A DNA stretch of 60,199 nucleotides, the filler included, from Sphacelaria rigidula (Eukaryota): the NCBI GenBank assembly GCA_964200075.2. It is 8 parts of 8 records of this genome, joined end to end, with 100 filler letters (N's around TTAATTAATTAA, not from the genome) between each part and the next. Parts side by side here need not be neighbours in the genome. Positions count along the whole stretch, not along the records: positions 7,539 to 14,976 come from CAXNAA020014912.1; positions 15,077 to 22,514 come from CAXNAA020014913.1; positions 22,615 to 30,051 come from CAXNAA020014914.1; 5 more parts are not named here. One strand, written 5' to 3'. How positions within the stretch are numbered: position 1 is the first letter of the stretch; each line of letters begins with the position of its first letter. A program made the position numbers and the translations under genes. The notes below the pieces were generated by a model. That model saw only the letters and a list, made by a program, of their open reading frames with translations. It was not told the origin of the DNA and did not search any database. Of this stretch, positions 11,926-24,487 are shown piece after piece.

Positions 11926-13109
11926 TACTGTTATGATGCATATTTGGGTTTTTCGTGGTGAAACGTTACTTGGAAAAGAAGGGTGTAGGAGGTATCCCTG
12001 TCTGAAATACTAGGTAAGATGTAGTGTGGTGATGAAGAGGAGGCGTCGGTTGGTGCAGATGATGAAAAATGGGGCGTTTTTCGGGAATGTCAGCGGAGCT
12101 GTAATGCATTATTTCTCGTTTGTCTGTTGGTTTGTTTATTGGTGAAATATACGAGCTGGACCAGCCTAACAACGGATATTTTTGTAGCCACCCGGAGCCA
12201 CCGATAACTTTTCAAGCTCAGCATAATCGGCCGGATGTGAGGCCCTGTCTCATCGAGTAAAAAGGTAAAAAGCGAGAAACGAAACAACGGTCCAAAAGCA
12301 ACATGTTGATTGGTTGCCGGAAACGTAAACCTGCCCGGGGACCAATCAACGTGCTGCTTTTGAACGCTTGCTCCTCGTTTTTTTCTGTCTCGATAAGACA
12401 CGGCCTAAGCACATCGCTGTGAACTGCAGCCCAGCCTGATGATCAAACGCACTGCCGTTTGAAGAAGAGGAGAGGAAAACAATGTACAGTGGGGTCTCGA
12501 TATGGCGGCATGTAGGGACAAGAGGTCTTCACGCCGCTATTCAGGATAAAAGCGCCACACACATGATGAGTAATGAGTAGGTATGCACAACACACTACTA
12601 TTGATAACGTCATGCCGCCTCGATGTTTTTGTGTAGTACGCGTAGTACTACTAGAGCAGCGATGCATCTGTACACGAAGCCTTTGAGCAATACTGTAGGA
12701 TTCCTACTGCTGCCGTTCTTTGCTGAAGTACCTAAGGTGAAGAGTGGTACCCACCCACTGTGATTCAACGAACATCCAGATGTCTGCCTGCCTTGCAGGC
12801 TTCGCGGTGTGGGCTGCGAGGAATGACATCCTTGCCTTCCGAGAAAAAATGCCCTGCCTCGCTGCTGCCAGCCAACTGTTCCAGCTGATCTTGTCGGCCA
12901 AAATACGACGACAGTTCCGAGTATTAGGTCGGCGCTGTCAACCTTCCTCACCTCTGTACTCTTGGGTTGGCCTCGAGTGGCAACGGCGCTGTAAAACAAG
13001 CCACCAAAACCTAGACAAATGTACAGACTGTCACCGTACATTTGCCGGGGACCGCGAATAGGGAAAGAAACTCCCGGACCGACGGACACAACATTCCACA
13101 CGTCGGACA

Positions 13110-13570
13110 ACTCATTACTTAACTCAGTTATGCTCTATAACTCACCTGGCCACGATGTACATGACTGAGTTATATTTTATAACTCACCCGGCCAGAATGT
13201 GCATACCTGAGTTATAGTTTATAACTCACGCGGCCGGAATGTGTATAACTGACTTGAAGGTTATAACTCACCCAGCCAGAATACGCATAACTGAGTTATA
13301 GTTTATAACTCACCTGGCCAGATTTTGCATCGCTGAGTTAAAGATTATAACTCACCCGCCCGGAATGTGCATAACTGAGTCATAGATTATACCTCACCTG
13401 CCCGAGATATGCACAACTGAGTTATAGTTTATAACTCACCCGGCCAAAATGTGCACAACTAAAGTTATAGTTTATAACTCACCTGACCAAGGTATGCATA
13501 AGTGAGTGATGCTGCTATGACTCACGGATGAGTTATTGGAAAATGAGTTATGAAGAACAAACTCACCCCG
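13110..13570. repeat. Tandem minisatellite with a 42-bp unit (~10 copies) and palindromic core TGAGTTATA-nnn-TATAACTCA
   Basis: ATAACTCAC recurs every ~42 bp. The segments between cores are mutually similar (c.ggcc.gaatgtgcat.ac). Confidence 0.9.
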
Positions 13571-13937
13571 GAAACATGCGGAAAACAGCTATCGGCACAA
13601 TTCACTCATGTAAGAGGAAACGCGTGATCACGTGACACGTCTGCTGGTACACATAGCGTGAAGGGCCTCGTAGTATATACGCGTATATCAATACTGCCGC
13701 AGGTGTAATATGAAATCATGTACAATTCACGAGTATACAAAATAAAAAAATGCCCGTTCATTACGGTTTCACGTTTCTGGACGGCCGGGCGGGGGGGGGG
13801 GGGGGCAGGGGGTATTTTCATTCCTCACTATTCGTACATTTGGCACGGGGTTAGGCAGGCACACAGGGAGTTTCGCCATTACACGCTTGATACTGCATCA
13901 CACCCCTCGAGTGGACCACCCAACTTTTCGGACTTAC

Positions 13938-14093
13938 TTGGCACAGAGGTTTTCGCGAATGGTCTCTGAAAAGCACAGCTGGACTGAAAAATGTTTTTTT
14001 GTGTGTGCTTGATGAGGTGCCGGCTTCCACATCGATCGCCTCGCATCCTTTTTCTTGTGCGGTAGCGTCGCTGGAGCTCGTAGTGGGTGCCAT
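13938..14093 (-). CDS. Candidate first exon of an unidentified gene (MAPTTSSSDATAQEKG...KPLCQ)
   Basis: ATG at 14093 and 52 open codons, ending at a consensus aa|gtaagt donor. No family recognised. Confidence 0.35.
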
Positions 14094-15446
14094 AGTATTG
14101 TAGACTAATGTATCGTGTGTCGCATGCAAGGTAACTCTCTATGATCGTTGTGCACACGCCAAGCGTGTGGGTGTGGATGTGTGTGTGTGTGTGTGTGGAA
14201 GGGGGGTATAACATAAACTAAGGGGTAAAGATGAGCTATATATCAAAACTTATAACTCATAACACAAAAGTGACGTGGCCGTGTCATGAGTCAAGGGGTA
14301 AATATGAGTAATTTCCGAACTCCAAACATAAAATTGCTCAGAACCCGGAACACTAACCTGAGTGACCTGGCTGTGTCACATTATGACTTAAGGGGTAAGG
14401 GTGAGCTATCTCAGAGGTCAGAACATGAAAGTATGAGGGTCATCTCTGTGTACAGATGGAGCTGTCCAGAACTCAGAACACATAACGAAGCTCCACATCA
14501 AACAGTGGATCCTAGAAAATTATGTTCATGAAAAATATGGGGTTGAAGTGGAATTTCTCTCTTGCAGGGAAGACGCGAAACACTTCCGACCGAGCGAAGC
14601 TATCTTCCCCCCCAAATGTCCGCAGCAGTTGAGCAGCTGTGGCTAGGTCCACCTAAGGAATGCGGTGTACACGCGTGTCGATGACGACATCACCAGAGCG
14701 AGAAGCAACGACAGAGAAGAAACTCCTCGCCCGTGTCCTTTGTGTGTCCCCGCTCGGCGATTACCAAACTCTCGAGAGACTGGCATCATCGATCTTACGA
14801 GGATGCGACAAAATTTTCATATGCCAGAGCATCGACGTGTGGAGAGATTCCGTCGTCTCTACTTGCCTGTCGCCAACGCGAAGATCGATTTCTCTCTGCC
14901 TCTCATTTTGGACAGGACGCGCCTCTGTGCGCTGAAAAACATGTCGTTGGAAAAATAGGGCAATGTTCCCGTCACCNNNNNNNNNNNNNNNNNNNNNNNN
15001 NNNNNNNNNNNNNNNNNNNNTTAATTAATTAANNNNNNNNNNNNNNNNNNNNNNNNNNNNNNNNNNNNNNNNNNNNTTGTAACCCCCCTTTGTGTGGGGG
15101 TTCCCCCTCTACACCCCTTCCTTCCCCCTCCGCAAACCCCTTGGCCTTCCACCCTCCCCCCCCCCCCCCCCCCCCCATGCAAGTTGCACCGCAGCATAAC
15201 GAGCCATCACCCAGCCTGGCAATACGAAATGGCTGCAGCACTTTTGTACATGTACATGCCATTTTCCGCGCGTGATCGACTGCTCTGATGCTATGATACG
15301 CTCGAGACTAAATGTACCCGTGGCGAGCTCGGTTCGATCTCTGGGAGGTGTAACTTTACCTTGATGTCTCTCCCGACAAGATATGCAGCCACCCGTGAAA
15401 TATTTCGAGTCTGAGTCAATTTTCCTTGTTTTTATTCACTGCCCCC

Positions 15447-15700
15447 ACTGATTGATTGATTGATTGATTGTCACACTTTAGCTGACCCCCCGGGGGTCCA
15501 GGCGTGGTCTCATGATGGACGTACGTACCCAACAAAAACGAAACTGAAACACGCTCTAAGAAAAAAAAAAAGGAATAAAAAAGAAGAGGAAAAGAAGGAG
15601 AGGTCGAACAACACGACATATCAGATTAAGTCGTGACAAAAAAAGTAATAAAAAGTCAACACAAGCAAAGCACAGCAAGAAATGGCCGACCTAAAACAAG
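15447..15700 (-). mobile_element. 3' end of a retroposon with a (TCAA)n tail
   Basis: (GATT)n-gtcacacttta...gtccag.cgtggtc.catga...ctgaaacac is shared with 56857-57140 in another contig. Confidence 0.65.
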
Positions 15701-16469
15701 GAAAAGGAAAGTTAGAGGGAAGTACAAAGCAAATAAAATACCCACTGCCCTCGAGATACCTGCTTCAATCCCCTCCGAGGAGCGAGTACAAGTACACCTG
15801 CATGCAGGGTAGTGCATATCCGGCATGCATTATCGTTGTTGCGGTTTGTGTACGGGCAGTCATATTTGGAAGACACCTCTTGCTGAGTACCGAGAGCTTT
15901 CCGTTATGATGTTGCCGAACGTCGCTCCCAGTCGGGGGGGGATTCGAAGCCTAATGTTCTAAATGCCAAGAGGGACGCTATTTTTTGTGTCCATTTCATC
16001 CATTGAATGGATTGCTTGACAGTCACTATCTTGTGGTGATGTGTGCGGTCCGACCCAAGTTGCTTCGGTCTCTTTCATTGTTTAGCTCCTGTGTATGACA
16101 CCGGCTGATTTCTTCGACTTTGCTTGACGTGTCGCCCCTGGAATCTCTTGTTTGCTTTAACGCCAACGCTTTTTGTTCAATTAGGCCATTAACGTATGCG
16201 GGAGGGCCATCGAGAAACAAAGCGTTCCAGCGAGTCCAGATCCGAGAAAGGTAAAGCGCTGCAGGAACAGAAGCCCGGTCCGATCCGGTCCGGTCCCACT
16301 GTAAGGCATCCAAAAGCTATTATTCACAAGAGCTCCTCCATTTAGGATTTTCTGCGGTACGCTTGAGTTGACACTTGGAAGCCTCTCCAATTGAGCCTGC
16401 CAATAGCGCAATCAACATGTTGCGGTGAACTTCCGCACAAGTGATATGTGAGACCCAGTCCTACTTTAA

Positions 16470-16626
16470 CCGTTTTGGGACCGGATTCCCAGAAACATGT
16501 GGTTTGCACTCAGGGGTCTTTGTGTGAATCGGCAATTTTTTCATTCCTTTTCAAGTAAAACAGTCGGGTCACGGAAATGCCCCCGCGTGTGAACCACATG
16601 TTTCTGCGAATCCGGTCCCAAAAGGG
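16470..16626. mobile_element. piggyBac-type MITE (157 bp)
   Basis: ~40-bp TIR (cc[g/c]ttttgggaccggatt.[c/g]cagaaacatgtggtt) with TTAA on both sides (16466-16469, 16627-16630). A related terminus aacccttttgggaccgg lies at ~22455. Confidence 0.88.
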
Positions 16627-17554
16627 TTAAGGCGGGCTTGATTGAGGAAAAGCCTTCGCAGCGGACGACGTCTTCAACGCAGTATCATGCTGTGTGGGTA
16701 TCATGCAGGACTACGCACGAAAGCACCGTGCTCATTTCGTGGTGCACACACCTTTGGAAGTGTTGTATGATTTTTGTTGGACGCGGGCACAATTTTTTCT
16801 TGAAGCTTGTTTGCTTGGTTGTTCCGCTGTTTGTATCCCGCTACTTCTGCTGGGTTACTGAGCCAGAATGGACAACTGCTTTGTGTTGCAGTTCAATACA
16901 TACTTGTTTTGTCGCTAGCATGTCTCATCGTTTTGGCTACTAATCTGCTGTGAGGGTCTCTCCGAAGAATCCCGCCATGACCTGTTCCCCGTCGTCCTGT
17001 TCCCACCTTCCTAACGCTGTCGTTTTCGTCAATTTCACCATGGTGATGGGATAGCGTGCACGGCAAATGGCATCCAGTGAACTTCACCCTGGCACTCCAC
17101 CCCCGCACGGGCGCCTGGCTGATTGAGTCCTTCATCATGAAGGGAGATCTGTAGGTCAACATGCAGCAAAGGTGACTAGCAGATGAGATGCGCAAGTCAC
17201 GGTGAAGCCAGCAGAAGACCTACTCGTAGATCGTTGTGAGACGGTATCTATAGATCACCTGAAATGAGGATCTGTAGATTAGATCTCCGGGAGGTCGTCG
17301 TGAAACGGAGATGAACATCTCTTCTTGAGGATTGGATCCTCGCGCCGTACATTACAGGGTGATCCAGTGATCCACACCTTCAATGGGCACACGTGGATTG
17401 AAGTGGGAAGGACATAGAAACAAATGCACACATGATGGCAGGGGACATGAAACTATGTATAATGGGATCTACGAAATAGCCAACGGCAAGGATTCGTTGG
17501 TCATACAGAATGACGGCAGGGATAGTAGCAGATGTGTGTCGATTATGCAGTTAA

Positions 17555-17970
17555 TATATAACGGGATTTTACACAGTGCGGATTGATTATTTTGCTGAGG
17601 ATGGACCCTTGGAATCTTCGTAAGCATCGACATTTTTTCGAAATTTAAGTGCATACGCACTCTCCGGCCGGGGTGATCGGCCGCGCTCATCCTCAAAAGA
17701 ATTCGCCCGCAATGTGTAACATCCCGTGTTTATACCGAAATATTTCGACCTCTGTACATTCCCGTACTGTTTTTACTTGTCCGAATCCCTCATTGAAACG
17801 GTATTTACAACTCGAGGATGGGCTTGTTTTTCAGGATGAGCGAGGCTGCACATCACAGCTGGGTAGTGGATTTGCATTTTTTTCGAGAATATCTCGATGC
17901 TTATCAAGGTTCTCAACGTTCATTTCTAGAAAAAAAATACACCCGCAGTTTCTATAATCCCGTGTTGTAA
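17555..17970. mobile_element. Foldback/MITE-like element with long imperfect inverted arms
   Basis: taagcatcga...ttcgaaa...cgctcatcct is mirrored by ggatgagcg...tttcgaga...cgatgctta. A homologous copy lies at ~34470-34820. Confidence 0.7.
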
Positions 17971-19496
17971 TGTGGCACAGATATAAAATTGTGAGTCGCA
18001 AAATATCCCAACAACTGAGGGAATGGATGATTCATGGTGGAGAGGACATGAGGGAGTAGTAGTAGACGCGTATCTTGATGTAGTTCCCGTTTTACGAAAG
18101 AGTCATGTTACTGTTGTATTTCGTTTGTGCAGACGGTAGTCGTTTAAGATAACGTCAACAGTCGAGGTGCTCTTGCTTTTCAGGCCCAACGGCGGGTGCT
18201 GCGCAGGATTTCAATTTCGCATACGTATTCCGATAGAGCCGGCACTATTTTCTTGATGTGTTGTGGTCAGCCACGGTTTGGTTTGTGCCGCGAACGTTTT
18301 CATGAAGTGGAGTTGTACTCAGTGGTACATACGTGGCCGTAGTCGACAAGTTCAGGCGGCCGATAGTACGCAGCACCAAGACTCCCTCATCAGTCCGTTC
18401 ATACGGATAGGAATTTGAGCTGGGGCTTCTCAGCAGCATTTCCTCTGGACCATTCTAGAAGGATTCGTTAGAACGGTACTGACCAAGAGAGAGGCCACGA
18501 GAAGTAATGCCAGTGAAAGATACTTTCGCACGGGTTGATCGCCAAAATCCATGTTTGAAAACACCTCGTTCTTTGTTTAAACCCTCGCTTGAACGCCACC
18601 GCAGTGACATGAGGAATTCAATGCCGGTATACAAAGAACCTTGCCGAACTTCGGCGAGAAGGTACACAAATGGAAGTACGTAAATATTTCCATGAGGGCA
18701 AGGCGTTTTATAGCACGCGACATTGTAAGGCTACATACACACAGTTATTCATGTTATCCCTACTCGTACTTGACCCCGAAACCGGTGGGGGTCCTGACAA
18801 TCGTTTCTTGGACGAGAATCTCAGTCCTGTAAACACAGCACGGCCTGATGATCAAAACTACCATTACTTTAGTGTACCGCCTGAGAATGGCGATGCGCTA
18901 CGCACCCCGTGTTGGCCCGTCGTGTGGGGGGACGTCCGTTCCCTCATCTTTTGGGACCACGATCCTGTGTGACCGTACATCCCCTGGTTAATTGGCATTC
19001 ATGGATTTTTTTGCAGGACCGGGATTTTTCATTCGATCGAGGATGTTGCTCGTATTCAGAGAAGAGGTTGTGGATGGTGTTGCTTAGAACTAAAACATGT
19101 TGGTGAGATCGAGGACGACGACTTGTGGTTTTCGGGACGGGTCCGAATTCGATTTGGGACATATTGTCACCGATCAATTTTAGGCAGGTAACTTGGCGAC
19201 GTTTTGTTTTCGTTGAAAGCTTGCAAGCAGAAGAGGGAGACATGATTTGCTCCAACGGCAATTGGGATTAGCGACGGTGCCAAACCAAGAGAGAAGAGAC
19301 GGTGACTTTGTCTCTCTTTGTATCCTACGCTGGAGACCTGTGTGCTGTCATGCCTCAGCACTGTGGGGCACAAGGAGGACGCTGCCAGCACAACATGCCC
19401 TTTATAACCAGAACAGCCCTGGTAGATGTGCCCCAAATCATTCGTGCCCCCTTCCAACATGAACAATAATCTGCAGAGGCTGGGATCCCCGGTCAT

Positions 19497-19912
19497 TGGA
19501 GAGTTTCGGAGAACTTTTTTTTTGCCACATCAGCGTGCGAATATCTCAGGATCAGAGTGCAGAATAAAGAAAATGACCCATCGAAAAAGAGGTGAGAGGA
19601 TACCACATTTAACGGACGGGCCTTTATTTTTTGTTACACTCTGCTCCTGAGATACTTGCACTCTGAAACGACCAAAAAGCGTTTCCCAAAACTCTCTATT
19701 GAAGAGTTTCGGAAAACCTCTTTTTTATTTTCTGTCATTTTCAGCGTGCGAATACCTCTCAGGTCAGAGTGCAGAATAAAAAAAAAGGCCCCATAAAAAA
19801 AAGGCAAGGGGATACCACATTTGACGGAGGGGCAACTATTTTTCTACTCTCTGATCCTGAGATATTTGCACCTGAAATGACAAAAAAATGTGTTTTTCCG
19901 AAATCCTCCTTC
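19497..19912. mobile_element. Two head-to-tail copies of a ~200-bp hairpin MITE-like unit
   Basis: Each unit reads gagtttcgg...tgcgaata.ctcagg.tcagagtgcagaataaa...gataccacattt.acgga...ctctg.tcctgagata.ttgcac...ttcc.aaa. Confidence 0.75.
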
Positions 19913-20337
19913 ATCATGTGATGGCCCACGTCCTGGAAACTCAACTATTTTAAACGGGCTTCGATATGTCGATTTGATTTTTCGCGGGAGTGCTTTCATG
20001 AGACATTTGAAACTTCATCGTACGCCCGATTTCATTTACGAACACTTACGGCTTGTCGATGTGGAATCGGTAAGATCTCGAAGCATTCCGATATCACTTG
20101 GCTTCAAGTCTACTCAGAGAGAACATTTTTTGAACTAATTTGGGCTCAAAAGTCCAATGGTCGTTTTTTTTCAACCTGGTTTCGTTCGATTTACCATGTC
20201 TGCTTCATTTGTCAGCTGGTAGCTATCACTTCGGGAACCAAAAGAGACCTACAAAACGGATTCCCAAGGTCAGTAGCGTGCAATGCAACAAAAGTGCAGT
20301 ACGGGGCACTGTAAGACTAGTAGTCAGTGCACAAAAC

Positions 20338-20422
20338 ACTACCACGACCACTACCACTCCCCCTCCTCCTCCTCCTCCTCCTCCTCCTACTACTACTGCT
20401 GCTGCTGCTACTACTACTACTG
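20338..20422 (+). repeat. Compound trinucleotide microsatellite (ACC/CCT/ACT/GCT), possibly a retroposon tail
   Basis: Seen directly in the sequence. Confidence 0.85.
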
Positions 20423-22614
20423 TGGATTAGACGGGTGTGCGGTGTGAGCGTACCGAGCACAGGGTGTGTTCCTCCATGAGATTGTCTAACTGAAGGATCA
20501 TCGGATAGCTCCTGGCGCGTTCGACGTGTAAAATACCACCGAATATCAGGTATAATTGAAGACTTGCGACAGATTTCTTCGAACATCCAATATTATACTT
20601 GTAGCATCATATTTCCCCCGCGGCATTTTGGTAGGGGAGACCAAGGGTCTGTCGAATTTTTTTTTCGGGATGCGTAGGCCCCAACATCGAATATTCGAGT
20701 TTTTAAGGGCGGCGGCGGCGGCGGGGGGGGGTAAGGCTGTCCCCTAGTTTATTGCCGAGGCGTTGGCGGATGCGGTCAGCTGGCGTGTACAGAGATCCTT
20801 GGCGTGGAGACCGCTGAGATGACGGACACACCGCCCCTCCAAGCTCATAACCTTGTCATAACTTACCATTATAACATTTATTGGATCATGATCCGTGTCG
20901 TGAGATAATGTTGCTACTTTGGCTACAGGCTATCGCTACCGTGCGCTTGCGTATCGTACATAGATGTGTGTGAGCGTTGCTGGCATCCGAGGTCATCGTC
21001 ACAGGGCGGGCAAGGAGCAGAAGAAGCAAATATACGAACCTCGCAAAGCCCGCCAGGCAGACTTCTTTTCGGTTTTTGTCAGTGTTTGTTGATCAATTTA
21101 TTTCAACAAAAATATATGATATAAAATATAAAACAACAAGAACATTATCGTGACATTTTTCGAAAAACTGTGCTCCGGGAGGGAGGGGGGAAGGGGGGAA
21201 GGGGACTCTGTGTCCGATTTTTTTTTCTCGACAGACGTCCGGAAAAAAGTTCCATCTTTCGTCTTGTTTTTGGAAAAAGCAGGAAGAAGTGCAAAAAGTA
21301 AGAGAAGTCGTCTGCAGTGAGCGTCCTGTTTATCGTAGCACTCCAAGTAAGATATTTGACGGAATATCAAGATCGCAAGCGGAATAATCCTGGATCGTAA
21401 GAAGGTAATTTTTCCGCAGCAAGAAGAACTGAACTGGGTGCATAAGACGAGAGTTACGTGCCGCTTGAATTTAATTCAATATTCTCCCTGAATTTGAATC
21501 AATGCAGCGACTGCTCTTACTCCCAGCGTTGTGGCGGTGTCTCAGCCGCTAGCCTGTCCCACCATCTGCATACGCCTCTGGCCTTCACACTCACAGGAAT
21601 TCTGGGAAGCTACAAGCCTTCACTGGTAATAGGAAATACATCCAAGGTAGGAAACGAAGAATTTAGGTACAAAGCAAACAATTTCTGCATCGATTTCGGT
21701 TGTCATATCCTATATACCTGATACAGAATTGGCGCGTTCGCCCAGGCCTGGTTCGTCTGGTTTGGCTCGCTTAATTTCGCGGTGATTCGCGGTGTTGACC
21801 CAAGTTTTTTTCGGCATGTGGATCTCATACACTGTTATCGCTATCGTTCCAGCTCCATGGTATATCGTTACTTTGAGGAGTTGCCTTCGTAGATTTGGGC
21901 AGGCAGGCAAGCCACAGGCACTGTGTACAGTCAACATGCTGGGGACTAATACTCGTATTCGTGTGATCAGGCGGCGTTGGACGTGATCTAGTGTCACGTC
22001 CTTCACCACTACCCCAAAACAAGACGTGACGGAGTCAAACAGGCGGACAGAGCACAAAGTCACAATTGTGGTCGTACACAGCTGTAGTATGTCTCTGAAG
22101 CTATGTTCTAGACGAAGTCTGGCTCAATTCCACAGAATACAGCGCGCAAACCAGCGATATATACTCTCCCAAAGCAGCTCAGACAGATGTTACAGACTGG
22201 TCCATGCGTATCACCCAACATTGTGTCAGAAGCAACTGCTTCCGCAATATCTACCCATTAGTCGCATGCATGGTATTACACTAACCGCAATGTACCAACG
22301 AAGGGCGTACCGTAGCCGGATTTTTGTTCAAGGCCGTAGCGGTGGCGCTAAGGGCGAAAACGCACCTTCATCAATCAACTTCAAATTGTTCTGAATTTTA
22401 AAAATACAAATTACCAATCCAAATCCAATCTTCATCCAATCTCCACATGCTCTCAACCCTTTTGGGACCGGGCCTCGAGAACGACCAATGAGGCTGGTTA
22501 GGAATGACGTGTCTNNNNNNNNNNNNNNNNNNNNNNNNNNNNNNNNNNNNNNNNNNNNTTAATTAATTAANNNNNNNNNNNNNNNNNNNNNNNNNNNNNN
22601 NNNNNNNNNNNNNN

Positions 22615-22706
22615 AGAAAAAATCCCAGATCGCGCGTGGAATCGAACACCCCGGCTCAACCATCAGAAGGTTACGAGGTTACCAACCGAGCCACCGGGGC
22701 GACCGG
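22615..22706 (-). mobile_element. tRNA-like head of SINE family B (cut by the contig start)
   Basis: Minus strand ggtcgccccggtggctcggttggtaacctcg...gttcgattcc...gatctgggatttttt matches 50700-50808. Confidence 0.75.
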
Positions 22707-24110
22707 TTGATGAATGGAGAAAATCAGCATCCCCCGTCATATTTTACGGCGTAGCTGTGTGATATCTCAGCTTGTTCATACCTGCCCGGAGTCATGGGAG
22801 GTCGTGCGCATGTACCTTGGAAAATAATGTCAGCCGCGCTAAAGGCATCGACGTGGCTCTCCCCGCGCAAATTCCACCCCGCGGGCGGTTGGGTGACTCA
22901 CTCAAGCATGAAGGGTACAAAACAAGCATACTGCGTGCGTTTTTCTTTCAAAACAGTTGCTACCGTAGCACGAACAGTGCACATTTACGCCGTGTAGAAC
23001 CTCAACTGAGTAAGACATGCTTATATTTCTCGTCGTTACTTGTTCGCACCTACGAGTCAAGGTGTCTCAAAAACTGGCTTCGAATGCTTGACATTCGCCA
23101 GCAACGGCCGATAAAATTGCACACAGCCGAAGTCTTCGAAAGAGAGCGCGCAGCAACGCCTGGGTGCTACCGGCACAGCGCTCGGTGTAACTCTTCGCGT
23201 GCATGCCGCGTCTGCATTGTACTCGTCCACGGCCCGACGTTATCCATTTGGTATATGGGCACATTTTCACCTGAAACAACGATTATTCGACGCAGGGCGT
23301 CCATCCACAGTTGCAGAAACATGTTGGTTTGCGCTGAGAGGTATCGACCAACGAATTCTGTTTCAACCGACGGGTTCGGATGTATATACACCGGTGAGAT
23401 CGTGATGCTTTCTTCAAATACCCCTCGCCAAGATGTGGATTCGTATTCCCGTGCACGAGCGAAATGAGTCGTGAGGAAGACTCGCTTGCTTCATCTCTTC
23501 GATTCGTCGTAGTTCTGACGTACTTGGCACATTGCTGTCCGTTAGTAGGTAGAGACGAAGACCACCTGGGGAATAAAGTCCGACAAGCGATGCTCCCACT
23601 ACGTCACTGCGCTTTAGCTATTGATTCACCCTTCTAATAATTGTTTTCGCAATGACGAGGCGTCACGCCACGGGACGGGCGAGAAAGATGTCGGTGACAC
23701 GAAGCCTTCGAGATGATGGCAGTAGGAACATTCGTGCCGTGAAACATCGCAAAACGTTCCGCTTCGGCGTGCAAAATGGGCTCAGCATTACTCGAAAGGC
23801 TCAGAGCTGCATCCAGCTCGGTGATGCGGTATGCACGACGCCCCGAGGTCTGGAAGCCTTGCATTCGCGCAACCTGCATGTGGGATTCCATGTTCCTCTG
23901 AAAAGTCTCTCGGGGATATGGACTTTCGTCCGGGAGGTCCATCTGAGATATCAGATCTACCTGGGATATGGAGATGGATGCCCATTGTGAATGTGTGTCT
24001 AGGATGTCCATATCCCAGATGGATGATACGTACATGGGTATGATCCTTTGAACGAAGGTTGCACGGCGATAGCAGAACATTAGAAGGAAACGAAGACTAT
24101 CCTGGAAGGG

Positions 24111-24245
24111 AGTATACGGAAGGGGTGCACCTTTGACGCTCAACGTTTTCTGAAGTTCCACACTACGGCCCAGATGTTTGTCGTGCAGAGGCTCCGACAG
24201 CGCAAGGCCCCATAAAAAACAAATGTGTACCCCTACCGTAGAACT
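24111..24245. mobile_element. Small MITE with TACGGTAGGGGTGCAC-type TIR
   Basis: tacggaaggggtgcac ... gtgtacccctaccgta. The same TIR bounds 56328-56583. Confidence 0.7.
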
Positions 24246-24487
24246 ATTCCTGGAGGCAACCGACGCATCTTCGATGTTGATTTTCTTTGCATGTTGAAAC
24301 CGATAGAACGGGCACGTGTTGTTGCGCGAGTCGAACAACAATGGTGTGGAGGGTCGTGCCTCTTTTGCTTGCGCCTTTTCTATTTGCTTTGATTGGCTGG
24401 TGGCTGTTCCAAGTAATGTGGATCTTACCCCATGATACTTGTTTCCTGTTCGGCGCATTGCTGTGTGCCGGGGCTAACTACCCTTAG

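Noticed and set aside
13110..13570. CRISPR array
   Set aside because: The apparent spacers are only ~20 bp and homologous to each other. There are no cas genes and the context is eukaryotic.
18200..19480. Possible decayed coding region (e.g. ORF 18670-18972)
   Set aside because: No recognisable motif or consistent exon structure.
22615..22706. tRNA genes here and at 50700-50808, ~9840-9912 and ~53465-53548
   Set aside because: A/B boxes are present but there is no convincing cloverleaf. Each is attached to a shared repeat body, so they are SINE heads.
22772..23467. 231-aa plus-strand ORF
   Set aside because: Non-ATG start, random-looking R/S/C-rich composition and no domain. It could not be tied to the downstream gene.
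23634..24458. 274-aa minus-strand ORF as a real gene
   Set aside because: It reads through a MITE (24111-24245), is antisense and probably intronic to the HHIPL-like gene, and has no recognisable motif.
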